Shown here piece after piece: positions 19,190-29,485 of a stretch of DNA of 64,000 nt (its first letter is position 1; each line of letters opens with the position of its first letter). The translations under genes were made by a program, and so were the position numbers. Below the pieces are notes generated by a model, which was not told the origin of the DNA, did no database searches, and was given only the letters and a program-made list of their open reading frames with translations. This DNA comes from Candidatus Nomurabacteria bacterium (GTDB lineage: Bacteria > Patescibacteriota > Minisyncoccia > Phycocordibacterales > UBA9973): NCBI GenBank assembly GCA_963842815.1, contig CAWJHU010000001.1, positions 264,708-328,707 of the forward strand, in the 5' to 3' direction.

Positions 19190-19877
19190 CAGCCCGATTA
19201 GGGCGGTGAAATAGACCTGAACCCGTATGTCTACAAGGAGTCGAAGCTAGGTATTTATATCTAGACGACGGCGTGCCTATTGAAGAATGAGCCAACGAGT
19301 TTATTCATATTGCAAGGCTAAGCTGGCTAAAACAGCGCAGCCAAAGGGAAACCGAGTGTTAATAGCGCGAATGAGTAGTATGCATAAGACCCGAAGCCAG
19401 GTGAGCTTGCCATGAGCAGGATGAAGTTCGTCGAAAGACGAATGGAGGTCCGAACCGGTAGATCGTTCAACGTCTTCGGATGACTTGTGGTAAGGAGTGA
19501 AAAGCTAATCGAACCTGGTAATAGCTGGTTCTCTCCGAAATAGCTTTAGGGCTAGCGTCGAGTGTTTTTTCTGGGGGTAGAGCACTGGAAGGTTCGGACA
19601 GGTCGAAAGATCGCTGAACCTATCAAACTCCGAATACCAGAAACCAAAGCTCGGCAGTTAGGCTATGGGGGCGAAGCTCCATTAGCCAAAAGGGAAACAG
19701 CCCAGATCTCAAAATAAGGTCCCTAAATTTATGCTAAGTGTAAAATAAGAAGGTGAAATTTCTCTGACAATGAGGAGGTTGGCTTAGAAGCAGCCATCCT
19801 TTAAAGATAGCGTAACAGCTCACTCATCTAGAGATTTTGCGTCGAAAATAATTGGGGCTAAGCATAGTACCGAATTT

Positions 19878-20222
19878 GAGGATTCGTGAACTTCATAGAG
19901 GAAAAGTTTTTTTTTGTTCTTTGTTTTTATTTTCTTGCTCGGGTAGCTCAAGCGGTGGAGCATTGGATTTTCTTTATAGTCCAAAGGTTGTGGGTTCAAG
20001 TCCCATCCCGGGTACGAAAAGAGGCCATCAGCGATTGGTCTCTTGCTAGATAGATATTGAGAAACTACTATGTCAATTTGATTGAAGCGCAAATAGAACT
20101 TCATGATTTTGATATAGGCAGGTGAGATCCCTGCTCTAGCACTAATTTATTGGCAAACTTTTTTAAAAATTTAATTTTAAAAAAGTTTGCCTCTTCTATG
20201 AAGTTCACGAATGGTAGGAGAG
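19878..20222 (+). other. intervening sequence / expansion in 23S helix 45 (~345 nt) closed by a 20-bp stem; contains a tRNA-like segment and a perfect 40-bp AT-rich hairpin
   Basis: Insertion follows ACCGAATT, where E. coli has the short helix 45. attcgtgaacttcatagagg (19883-19902) pairs with cctcttctatgaagttcacgaat (20194-20216). Internal gggtagctcaagcggtggagca...ggttcaagtccca at 19936-20010 resembles tRNA D- and T-arms. ggcaaacttttttaaaaatttaattttaaaaaagtttgcc spans 20146-20187. Confidence 0.5.
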
Positions 20223-20932
20223 TGTTCCACTCTGCTGTGAAGCAGGACTCGTGAGAGCCTGTGGAGCGTGTGGAAGTAAGAATGTTGGCACAAGTAACCG
20301 CAATGATGCTGAGAACGCATCACGTCGAAAGATCAAGGTTTCCTTGGTAATGTCAATCAGCCAAGGGTTAGTCGGGCCTAAGGGAATGGCGAAAGCCGTA
20401 CTCGATGGACAGCAGGTTAATATTCCTGCACTTCTGTATTTTGTGATGGGAGGACGGAGCGCAGTATGTATTGCTCATTATTGGATTTGAAGTTTGTTTA
20501 TTAAGAATGTTGCATAGGAAAATCCGTGCATTGCCTTTAAGTGGCGCATTCAAGAGAAATGAAAAGTTTTCGACTTCGGTCGAAGGATAATGATACAAAG
20601 CGCGCTTCCAAGAAAAATCTCTAAACTTAAAAATATAGAATCCGTACCGCAAACCGACACAGGTGATCAGGTCGAGTAGACCAAGACGAACGAGTGAGTG
20701 GTCCCCAAGGAACTCGGCAAAAAAGCAGCCGTAACTTCGGGATAAGGCTTGCCCCATATTCTATGTTATGGGGCCGCAGCGAAAGTTTCTCTGGCAACTG
20801 TTTACCAAAAACACAGCTCCCTGCGAACTCGCAAGAGGATGTATAGGGGGTGACACCTGACCAATGCCAGAAGGTCAAATATCGACGGTGCTATGGTCGC
20901 AAGATTGTAGTGCATGATTGATATAAGCCCTG

Positions 20933-20975
<43 letters not shown>

Positions 20976-21630
20976 ACCTTGTCGGGTAAGTTCCGACGCG
21001 CACGAATGGTGTAATGACTGGAGAACTGTCTCGGGGACCAGCTCGGTGAAAATACAATGCCGGTGAAGATGCCGGTTAAGTGCAGTTAGACGAAAAGACC
21101 CTAGAAGCTTTACTATAACTTGATATTGAGCATGTTTTTGGACTGCGTAGCATAGATGGGAGAGGTTTGATGTGTTCGTTTTCGGATGAATTCTACTCGT
21201 CAGTGAAATACCATTCTTTTTGAAGGCATGTTCTAACCAATACGGCAAAAACGTATTGAGACAGTATCTGGTGGATAGTTTTACTGGGGCTGTACCCTCC
21301 TAAAAAGTAAAGGAGGGGTTTAAAGGTCAGCTAGGCGCGAATGGAAACCGTGCCGATAGTGTAATGGCACAAGCTGGCTTGACTGTAAGAGGTACATCTC
21401 AAGCAGGTGGGAAACCAGAACATAGTGATCCGACCATACGCATTAGATGCGGTGGAAGATCAACGGATAAAAGCTACTCTAGGGATAACAGGCTAGTTCC
21501 GCCTAAGAGTTCATATCGACGGCGGAGTTCGGCACCTCGATGTCGGCTCACCTTAGCGCGGCGGTGGAGAAGCTGCCAAGCGTTTGGCTGTTCGCCAATT
21601 AAAAAGGTACGCGAGCTGGGTTCAGACCGT

Positions 21631-21970
21631 TTAGAACCTCACTCGCCCTAACGGATCTTCTCCATGAAATTTCAAGGAGAGGGCTGGGGTGAGGGTTAAA
21701 CAGTTTGAACCCTCAGAGGAAGAAAATTTATTACGAAATTAGAACTGTTATAAATTGAAATCAATCATTGCTAAGTTTTAGCAATCACGGCGGCGCTTTG
21801 TAGAAATACAAAGTGAGCAAGCTAACTTATATCGGAGAAACCCAATTCGCGAAAGCGAAGGACAACGCCGAGGGAAGAGTTATTTACTCACCCGTAGAGA
21901 CTGAATGTTAGCAATCTCGCAATAGATTAATGTCACAGTCCAATCCCATAAGTAATTATGGACGTAGATG
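21631..21970 (+). ncRNA. ORF-less group-I-like intron in 23S rRNA at the position homologous to E. coli ~2593 (I-CreI/I-CeuI homing-site region)
   Basis: Exon sequence GGGTTCAGACCGT | CGTGAGACAGGTTGG is interrupted by 340 nt. The 5' exon ends in T and the insert ends in G (omega-G). Candidate P7 pairing GAGACTG/CAGTCC and a GCGAAAGC GNRA hairpin are present. No ORF of 60 aa or more lies inside. Confidence 0.55.
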
Positions 21971-22301
21971 CGTGAGACAGGTTGGTCTCCTATCTACTGC
22001 ACTCGTTGATTCTTGAGAAGATTTGTTTCTAGTACGAGAGGACCGAAATGAACTGACCTCTGGTGTACGAGCTCTCCTGCCAAGGGCAATGCTCGGTAGC
22101 TATGTCGGGATTGGATAACCTCTGAAAGCATCTAAGAGGGAAGCCAGCTTCAAGATTAGGAATCGTTAAGAACCGTGAGAGATGATCACGTTGATAGGCT
22201 TTAAGTGTAAGCGCAGTAATGCGTTGAGCTGAGAAGTACTAATGTTTCGATTCCTGTTAAGAAATTTGCAAACCACAAAAAATAATAAACTTGAATATAG
22301 T

Positions 22302-22413
22302 GTTCTGGTGCTTTGACGATGGAGAAACATCTCTTCCCATTCCGAACAGAGCAATTAAGCCCATTAGTACCGATGATAGTCCCTTGGGGCGAAAGTAGGT
22401 AAGCGCCAGAACA
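22302..22413 (+). rRNA. rrf: 5S ribosomal RNA
   Basis: gttctggtgctttgacgatggagaaacatctcttcccattccgaacagagcaattaagccc...gcgccagaaca has terminal helix pairing and the CCGAACAGAG motif, 40 nt after the 23S 3' end. Confidence 0.85.
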
Positions 22414-22574
22414 ATGTATTTAAGGTCATATGATAGTTCCGAGGGGTGAGAAGCGAATACTTGGAGCTTCGCAAGTCCGGAGCGCGACGGCGCGAGGAGG
22501 GGTCGCGAGCAAAATCAGTAGATTTTGACTTGTGATAAAGTAGGCTATCGCCAACACTGAGCATTTGATTAAAA

Positions 22575-22606
22575 AAGCACACTTAAAAAAGTGTGCTTTT
22601 TGCGTT
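22575..22606 (+). terminator. Rho-independent terminator after the rRNA operon (AGCACACTT-loop-AAGTGTGCT + T-run)
   Basis: aaaaaagcacacttaaaaaagtgtgctttttgcg. Confidence 0.65.
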
Positions 22607-22744
22607 ATGTATATAAATTTTTTAAATTTTAGACAAAAAAATACCCTGATTTCTTATTCAGAAACCAGGGCATCGAAGAAAACAAAAATATATTTGCCTG
22701 AATATCTTACGGGATATCCAGGACTTTGCAATGCTCGGAAAATA

Positions 22745-22849
22745 CGTTAGCCTGTGAGGATTGCAGCGACGTTTCCGAATTGATCAATGGTTTTCGCCTC
22801 CATAGTACAAGCCACAATAGTGGCCGGAGTAAAACAAGTGATATACTTC
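22745..22849 (-). CDS. possible small ORF (34 aa, MKYITCFTPATIVACTMEAKTIDQFGNVAAILTG) with strong Shine-Dalgarno (GGAGGA, 7-nt spacer)
   Basis: Only SD-preceded ORF in the 670-bp intergenic stretch 22607-23277; too short for the ORF track. Confidence 0.2.
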
Positions 22850-23277
22850 ATAAAAAATCCTCCATATGTTGAAGATAAAACTAGGTTTGAAAAAAATATG
22901 TGGATTGTGAATTCACACCCAATTGTTCTTTTTCAAACGAAAACAGGATAAGTTTTTTTATACCGCATATGGGTATTTGTTTTTCATCCTAGTTATTTTC
23001 GTTTTAGGACAAATGAAAAAGAACAAAATCAGGCTGATTAAGATACTACTCTTTGGCTTCATGAAAGTCAAATGAAAAATGTGCAAAAAAATACCCCGAC
23101 CAATCAGTTGCCCACTGTTCTGGCCGAGGTACATAAGGAGTTTTAACTATTGAAAAGAACGAACCTCTTCCTTAACTCTCGGAGGAAAAGATTAGGTTCA
23201 TTTAAATAATACATTTATTTTTAAAAAAGTCAAATAAAAAAGTGGAAATCTGATGAGCAAAAAGGTATAATACTTTT

Positions 23278-24060
23278 ATGACCTGGGCGCTTAGAAGACA
23301 ACTTTTTTATGTAACAGTTTTAATTATATTTTTTGTGGCGCTTGGATTTCTGATAATTTCTCCATATGTAAATAAATTGCCGACTTGCGCGGATGGAAAA
23401 CAAAACGGAGATGAAACGGGCATAGATTGTGGAGGCTCTTGTTCCACAGCTTGTACTTTTCAGGTGGACCAAATTTCTATTTTATGGGCCCGTACCTTTG
23501 AAGTGATTCCCGGACGCTACAATGCAGTCGCCTATCTTGAAAATCACAACAGAAGCGCGGCCATTGATAAAATAAGCTACAGATTTCGTTTTGCCGATAA
23601 GAATAATATTTACATAGGCAAGAGAGAAGGGGAGACTTTCATTCCGCCGTCGGGGAAATTTGCTATTTTTGAGCCTGGCATCGGCGTGGGAAATTCCATT
23701 CCTGTTTACACAACTTTTGAATTTACCGAAGTACCTCTATGGAATAATGTTTCGGAGGATAAATTAAACCAATTAAAAGTGTCGGTTTCCAATATAAAAC
23801 TGGAAAATCAAGACACAAAACCGCATTTGTCCGCTGTCATCAAAAACGACTCTCTTTTTACCATTCCGGAAGTAGGAGTGGTAGCGCTTTTATATGATGA
23901 AAATGGCAATGCCATCTCCGCCAGCCGGACCTATTTGGATGTCTTGAACGGGGAGCAAAGCCAAGATGTTAATTTTACCTGGCCGGAACCGATGCCGGGA
24001 AATGTGATTGCCGAGGAAATAATTCCGATGTACAACATTTTTTCGGTTAAATTGAAATAA
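23278..24060 (+). CDS. hypothetical membrane-anchored protein (N-terminal TM, extracytoplasmic Cys-rich segment)
   Basis: 260-aa ORF, 4 bp upstream of ftsW; no recognised domain. Confidence 0.4.
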   Translation: MTWALRRQLFYVTVLIIFFVALGFLIISPYVNKLPTCADGKQNGDETGIDCGGSCSTACTFQVDQISILWARTFEVIPGRYNAVAYLENHNRSAAIDKISYRFRFADKNNIYIGKREGETFIPPSGKFAIFEPGIGVGNSIPVYTTFEFTEVPLWNNVSEDKLNQLKVSVSNIKLENQDTKPHLSAVIKNDSLFTIPEVGVVALLYDENGNAISASRTYLDVLNGEQSQDVNFTWPEPMPGNVIAEEIIPMYNIFSVKLK

Positions 24061-24063
24061 AAA

Positions 24064-25194
24064 ATGGCACAAAAAGTTTTAAAAAGAATAGATTGGCTCT
24101 TGGTTTTTTTTGTGGTTCCCATAATCTTGGCCGGTCTTTTCACCATGAAGTCATTTATTCCTCAGGAAAATACGATTAATTTTTTTGATAAGCAGATTAT
24201 CTGGATTATTTTATCTCTTTTTGTTTTTTTCGCTTTTTCTTTTATTGATTTTGGATTTTTGCGTCGGACGGATGTATTGGTGGCTTTATTTTTGATATTT
24301 TGTGGGTTACTCATCATTTTATTTATTATCGGCCATTTGGTAAATGGAGCCCAAAGCTGGTTTTCTTTCGGCGTTTTTTCATTTCAGCCTGCGGATATGA
24401 TGAAGCTTGTGCTTATTCTCATTTTAGCCAAATACTTTTCTCGCCGGCATGTGGAAATCCGGGACATCAAGCATATTTTTATTTCCGGGTTCTATGCTTT
24501 TATTCCTTTTGTTTTGATTTTGCTCCAGCCTGATTTTGGTTCGGCCATGGTTATATTTTTTATATGGCTCGGTATGGTGCTGGTTTCCGGAATTTCTAAA
24601 ATGCATCTGCTTTTTGTTTTTTTATCAGGGGCAATTATTTTTGCTTCTCTTTGGGTCTTTGCTTTTGCCCCATATCAGAAAGAGCGCATTTTGAGTTTTA
24701 TAAATCCGTTGGCGGACATCCATGCCTCCGGCTATAACGCTTCCCAATCCACCATTGCCGTCGGCTCCGGGCAGGTTTTAGGCAAGGGCTTGGGTTTTGG
24801 CACCCAATCGCGATTAAAATTCTTACCGGAACCCCAAACCGATTTTATTTTTGCCGCCTTCTCCGAAGAATGGGGATTTGTTGGTTCCTGTTTTCTTCTT
24901 TTACTTTTTGGGCTCGTTCTTTGGAGAATTCTCCATTGCGCTTCCCTTGAGGCTTCTAATTTTGAAATGCTTTTTGGCATAGGAATTGCTATTTTTTTTA
25001 TGAGTCATATACTCATAAACATTGGCATGAATATAGGGCTCTTGCCGGTAACGGGCATTCCGTTGCCGTTTATGAGTTATGGAGGTTCGCATTTGCTTAC
25101 TGAATTTATGGCGCTTGGAATTTTAATGAGCATGCGCAAATATGCCAGGCCGGCGCACCGAGACGATATGAAGAATGAATTTTTGGGGATATAA
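24064..25194 (+). CDS. ftsW: SEDS-family peptidoglycan glycosyltransferase (FtsW/RodA)
   Basis: About 10 TM helices; conserved QPDFGSAMV, SGYNASQSTIAVGSGQVLGKGLGFGTQS, FIFAAFSEEWGFVG and GLLPVTGIPLPFMSYGGS segments. Confidence 0.85.
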   Translation: MAQKVLKRIDWLLVFFVVPIILAGLFTMKSFIPQENTINFFDKQIIWIILSLFVFFAFSFIDFGFLRRTDVLVALFLIFCGLLIILFIIGHLVNGAQSWFSFGVFSFQPADMMKLVLILILAKYFSRRHVEIRDIKHIFISGFYAFIPFVLILLQPDFGSAMVIFFIWLGMVLVSGISKMHLLFVFLSGAIIFASLWVFAFAPYQKERILSFINPLADIHASGYNASQSTIAVGSGQVLGKGLGFGTQSRLKFLPEPQTDFIFAAFSEEWGFVGSCFLLLLFGLVLWRILHCASLEASNFEMLFGIGIAIFFMSHILINIGMNIGLLPVTGIPLPFMSYGGSHLLTEFMALGILMSMRKYARPAHRDDMKNEFLGI

Positions 25195-25197
25195 ATT

Positions 25198-25219
25198 TTC
25201 CCTGTCCCCGGGTCAGGGA
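25198..25219. repeat. degenerate REP-B copy (TCCCTGTCCCCGGGTCAGGGA)
   Basis: Imperfect palindrome related to CCCCTGACCCNGGGTCAGGGG, 4 bp after the ftsW stop. Confidence 0.45.
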
Positions 25220-25230
25220 AAAATAAAATT

Positions 25231-26064
25231 ATGCAAATTATTGACGGTAAAAAAATAAGAGATAAAATTTTAGCTGAAGTAAAAAAAGAAGTTGTAGTTT
25301 TGCCTTTTCAGCCCATTTTTTGTGATGTTCTGGTGGGGGAAGACCCTTCTTCGGTGCAATATATTAAAATGAAAGCGAAAACTGCCGAGTCTGTGGGTAT
25401 AAAATTTCACAATGCTTCTTTCCCGCGCGATATAAGTACGGAAGATTTAATAAAAGAAATAAAAATTTTAAATAAAATACCTAATATGTGTGGAATTATT
25501 GTGCAACTTCCGCTGCCAGAAACGCTTAATTCTAGAAAAATCTTAGATGCCATTGACCCATCTCTAGATGTTGATTGTCTAGGAACGATAGCAAGTGAAG
25601 AATTTTACAGTGGCAAAACCACAACAGGGAGTTCCCCCACTGCTCTTGCCTGCTTGAAATTATTGGACCTTACCGGTATTTCTCTGGAAAATAAAAAAAT
25701 AGCAGTTTTAGGACAGGGAGATTTAGTAGGCAAACCGACGGTCGCCCTGCTCCAATTCCGCGGTTTTCAGCCGGATATTATAATAAGTACAAGCGAAAAC
25801 AAGGAGAGAATTATAAAAGAAGCGGATATTATAATTTCTGGTATGGGTAAAAGTAAATATATTAAAGGTGATATGATAAAAAAGGGGGCAGTGCTGATAG
25901 ATGCGGGAACTTCTGAGTCTGAAGGTGGAATTGTGGGAGATATTGATTTTGAATCCGTAAAAAATGTGGCAAGTTTTATTTCTCCTGTGCCTGGAGGAGT
26001 AGGTCCGGTAACAGTAGCAATGCTTCTTAATAATGTGCTTAATGTGGCGAAAAATAAACAATGA
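25231..26064 (+). CDS. folD: bifunctional methylenetetrahydrofolate dehydrogenase/cyclohydrolase
   Basis: IIDGKKIRDKILAEV, VGEDPSSVQYIKMK, IVQLPLPE, VLGQGDLVGKP, GGVGPVTVAMLL motifs. Confidence 0.85.
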   Translation: MQIIDGKKIRDKILAEVKKEVVVLPFQPIFCDVLVGEDPSSVQYIKMKAKTAESVGIKFHNASFPRDISTEDLIKEIKILNKIPNMCGIIVQLPLPETLNSRKILDAIDPSLDVDCLGTIASEEFYSGKTTTGSSPTALACLKLLDLTGISLENKKIAVLGQGDLVGKPTVALLQFRGFQPDIIISTSENKERIIKEADIIISGMGKSKYIKGDMIKKGAVLIDAGTSESEGGIVGDIDFESVKNVASFISPVPGGVGPVTVAMLLNNVLNVAKNKQ

Positions 26065-26585
26065 ATAACGCAATATTTTTCTTTTTTTATAATTTAGCTC
26101 ATCAATCAGTTTTTTTTGACAAGCTGGTTATTTTCTTTGCCGTTTATTTTCCGTATATTGTGATTTTATCGGCTGCAATTTTTTTACTTTTTCATCATGA
26201 AGTTTTCTCCTCTGAAAAACCGCCCAAAGCCTTTGCGCAAAAATGGAAAGAAATTTTTGCGGTGTTTTTTTCTGGCATAGCCGCCTGGGCTTTGGCCTAT
26301 GGATTGAAATATTTATTCCATATAAGCCGTCCATTCGTCCAATTTCCCAATATTCATCCTCTTTTTTTAGAAACGGATTATTCTTTTCCCTCAGGACACG
26401 CCACTTTTTTTATGGCGCTGGCGCTGGCTTTATTTTTTAGCCATAAAAAAGCCGGCTACTGGTTTATATTATTTGCTCTGCTTATAGGCATTGCTAGAAT
26501 TATCGCAGGAGTTCATTTCCCGATGGATATTTTAGGTGGATTTATCTTGGGTTTTATCATTGCATTTTTCTTAAAAAATGTGTAG
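26061..26585 (+). CDS. PAP2-family phosphatase (undecaprenyl-diphosphatase-like)
   Basis: KYLFHISRP, PSGHA and ARIIAGVHFPMD correspond to the three PAP2 signature motifs; polytopic membrane protein. Confidence 0.8.
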   Translation: MNNAIFFFFYNLAHQSVFFDKLVIFFAVYFPYIVILSAAIFLLFHHEVFSSEKPPKAFAQKWKEIFAVFFSGIAAWALAYGLKYLFHISRPFVQFPNIHPLFLETDYSFPSGHATFFMALALALFFSHKKAGYWFILFALLIGIARIIAGVHFPMDILGGFILGFIIAFFLKNV

Positions 26586-26600
26586 AATGGCTGTATCTTT

Positions 26601-27962
26601 ATGTGGAAAAAAATTATTTCTATATTAATTGTGCTTATTTTAGGAGCTGCGGTGGCTTTTTTTGTTTTTAAATCAGAGCCTAAATTGAACCCTAATTTTG
26701 CCCAGGAAAGCTCTTTTTTCAAGAGTTTTCCGTTTCGCCTAGGCCTTGACCTTTCCGGCGGAAGCCATTTGATTTATAAAGCAGATATCAGCGGGGTGCA
26801 GGCGGGAGACGTTTCCGCTTCAATGGATGCCTTGCGTGATGTGATAGAACGCAGAGTAAATCTTTTCGGCGTCTCCGAACCGGTAGTCCAAGTGCAAAAT
26901 AGCGGATTTGTTTCCGGTTCTGATGAAAAATTAATAGTGGACCTTCCGGGAGTGACGGATGTAGAAAAAGCGACAGCCATGATTGGACAAACTCCGCTTT
27001 TGGAATTCAAAGTTGAAGCTCCAGCTGGAACGCCCCAAAAAGCGACAGTAGATAAAAATGGGAAAGTGACTGCGGACATAGGTTCTCAGTTTGTTTCCAC
27101 TCAACTTACCGGCAGGTATTTAAAAAAGGCTACTCTTGAATTTGACCAGACTACCCGCGCGCCGCAGGTAAGTTTGCAATTTGACGATACTGGCACAAAA
27201 CTTTTTGACCAAATTACAAAAGATAATGTGGGGAAAATAGTAGCCATCTATTTGGACGGAGCGCCTATTTCCACTCCGGTTGTAAAAGAAGAAATTCCGA
27301 ATGGTCAGGCTGTCATCTCCGGCAGTTTTACCCCGGCTGAAGGAAAGCTCTTGGTGGGCAGATTGAATTCCGGCGCCCTTCCGGTACCTATTTCATTATT
27401 GTCCAGACAAACCATAGGAGCGACACTGGGTGGCGATGCTGTTAATGCCGGAGTAAAAGCGGCTATTATTGGATTCCTGATTGTTGCCTTGTTTTTAATT
27501 CTTTGGTATCGCTTGCCAGGATTTATCGCTGTGCTTGCTTTATGCATATACATAACCATAGTGCTTGCTCTGTTTAAATTGCTTCCGGTCACTCTGACGG
27601 CAGCCGGTATTGCGGGATTTATTATTTCCATAGGTATAGCCGTGGATGCCAACATTCTTATTTTTGAACGAGTAAAGGAAGAATTGCGTTCCGGTCGTAC
27701 CATTGCCGATGCCGTTTCTGCGGGTTTTCAAAGAGCTTGGTCTTCTATCCGAGACTCAAATATTTCCAGCATTATTTCTGCCATTATTCTTTTCTGGTTT
27801 GGAACTTCTTTAATCAAAGGATTTGCCCTGACCCTAGGTATGGGAGTTTTGGTCTCAATGTTTTCGGCCATCATGATTTCCAGAATTTTCCTTTCGGGAC
27901 TTATTTTTATCGGTGAAGGCAAGGTCGCCAGATTTTTATTTTCAAGCGGATTTAGCAAATAA
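26601..27962 (+). CDS. secD: protein translocase subunit SecD
   Basis: N-terminal TM, LGLDLSGGSHLIY, large periplasmic domain, C-terminal 5-TM bundle with IGATLGGDAV. Confidence 0.85.
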   Translation: MWKKIISILIVLILGAAVAFFVFKSEPKLNPNFAQESSFFKSFPFRLGLDLSGGSHLIYKADISGVQAGDVSASMDALRDVIERRVNLFGVSEPVVQVQNSGFVSGSDEKLIVDLPGVTDVEKATAMIGQTPLLEFKVEAPAGTPQKATVDKNGKVTADIGSQFVSTQLTGRYLKKATLEFDQTTRAPQVSLQFDDTGTKLFDQITKDNVGKIVAIYLDGAPISTPVVKEEIPNGQAVISGSFTPAEGKLLVGRLNSGALPVPISLLSRQTIGATLGGDAVNAGVKAAIIGFLIVALFLILWYRLPGFIAVLALCIYITIVLALFKLLPVTLTAAGIAGFIISIGIAVDANILIFERVKEELRSGRTIADAVSAGFQRAWSSIRDSNISSIISAIILFWFGTSLIKGFALTLGMGVLVSMFSAIMISRIFLSGLIFIGEGKVARFLFSSGFSK

Positions 27963-27973
27963 TTCATAAAAAT

Positions 27974-28870
27974 ATGTTTATTATAAAAAACAAAAAAATA
28001 TTTATAAGCATCTCAACGATTTTAGTTTTGATTTCAGTCGTTTTGCTTTTTGTGTTTCCTCTGCACATCGGAATTGATTTCAAGGGGGGGGCGCTGACGG
28101 AAGTCGCCTATACAGGTTCTCGGCCGGCCCAAGCCGATTTGGATACGGCATTCAAGGCGATTAATTTTGGCCCTGTGCTTATTCAACCGACGGGAGATTC
28201 AGGATACATTGTAAAATCTTTAGACCTTAGCGAAGCCCAACACTCTCTGCTTTTAAGCACTCTTTCACAAGGGGGCAAAAGTCCACTGGAAGAAAAGAAT
28301 TTCAATTCCATCGGGCCTTCCGTCGGACAGGAACTTACCAGAAAAGCAATCATTGCCATCATTTTGGTTTCACTTGGGATTATCTTTTTTATTGCTTTCG
28401 CTTTCAGAAAAGTTTCCAAGCCGGTTTCTTCCTGGAAATATGGAGTAATTGCTGTCATAACCCTTCTGCATGACGTGATGATTCCAATCGGACTTTTCGC
28501 AATTCTAAGCCATTTTTACGGAGCAGAAGTAGATACTTTATTTGTGGTGGCAGCCCTTACCATTTTAGGATTATCGGTTTCCGATACCATAGTTATTTTT
28601 GACAGAATCAGGGAAAATTTAAGAAATAGGATTGAAAATAATTTCAGCGACACCGTCGGTAAAAGTTTGGACCAATCATATATGCGTTCCATTTTCACTT
28701 CACTTACGGTCATCATTGTTCTGTTGTCTCTTTTCTTCTTCGGCCCGGAATCCACCAAATATTTTGCGCTGATGCTCACTGCCGGCATGTTTTTCGGAAC
28801 CTATTCCTCTATTTTCCTTGCCTCTCCGCTGCTTGTTTTGATTGAAGAGTGGCAAAGTAAAAAGAAATAA
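27974..28870 (+). CDS. secF: protein translocase subunit SecF
   Basis: GIDFKGGA, SIGPSVGQELTRKA and 6-TM architecture; immediately downstream of secD. Confidence 0.85.
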   Translation: MFIIKNKKIFISISTILVLISVVLLFVFPLHIGIDFKGGALTEVAYTGSRPAQADLDTAFKAINFGPVLIQPTGDSGYIVKSLDLSEAQHSLLLSTLSQGGKSPLEEKNFNSIGPSVGQELTRKAIIAIILVSLGIIFFIAFAFRKVSKPVSSWKYGVIAVITLLHDVMIPIGLFAILSHFYGAEVDTLFVVAALTILGLSVSDTIVIFDRIRENLRNRIENNFSDTVGKSLDQSYMRSIFTSLTVIIVLLSLFFFGPESTKYFALMLTAGMFFGTYSSIFLASPLLVLIEEWQSKKK

Positions 28871-28894
28871 TTATTAATTAATAATAAAATACAC

Positions 28895-29476
28895 ATGGAA
28901 CAAAATTTTTGGCAGAAAAATAAAACGCTTGTAATTGTTTTAGTTGTAATTATTGTTTTGGCAATTTGGATTGTGGGGAAATATAATTCTTTTGTGGTTC
29001 AAAATGAAGCCATCACCAACCAATGGGCGCAGGTGGAGGCTCAACTACAAAGACGTTTTGATTTGATTCCGAATGTTATTAACACGGTTAAAGGCATAAC
29101 CAAGCAAGAACAAACCGTATTTTCACAATTGGCAGAAGCTCGCACACATTACGCCGGTTCCACTACCGTGGACCAAAAAGCAGCGGCAGCCGGAGAAGTG
29201 GAATCATCTTTGGGAAGACTTTTACTTATTACCGAAAATTATCCACAGCTCCAATCTTCCCAATCCTTTCGTGATTTGACTGTGGAGCTAGAAGGTACCG
29301 AAAACAGGATTTCGGTGGAAAGGATGAAATATAACGATTTGGTAAAAAGCTTAAATGCCAGCATTAAGATGTTCCCAAGTTCTGCCATCGCTTCTATTTT
29401 TGGGGTAAAAGAACGTTCTTATTTTGAAGTAGCAAGCGGGGCAGAGGCGGTTCCTAAAGTGGATTTTAGCCAATAG
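28895..29476 (+). CDS. lemA: LemA-family protein
   Basis: N-terminal TM then NEAITNQWAQVEAQLQRRFDLIPN...YAGSTT...ENYPQLQSSQSF...ENRISVERMKYND, matching the LemA pattern. Confidence 0.8.
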   Translation: MEQNFWQKNKTLVIVLVVIIVLAIWIVGKYNSFVVQNEAITNQWAQVEAQLQRRFDLIPNVINTVKGITKQEQTVFSQLAEARTHYAGSTTVDQKAAAAGEVESSLGRLLLITENYPQLQSSQSFRDLTVELEGTENRISVERMKYNDLVKSLNASIKMFPSSAIASIFGVKERSYFEVASGAEAVPKVDFSQ

Positions 29477-29485
29477 CACAACCCA

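Noticed and set aside
24300-25092. ORFs 24300..24533 (+), 24424..24606 (-), 24732..24980 (-) and 24901..25092 (-) within ftsW
   Set aside because: They are alternative or antisense frames inside a well-supported SEDS-family gene.
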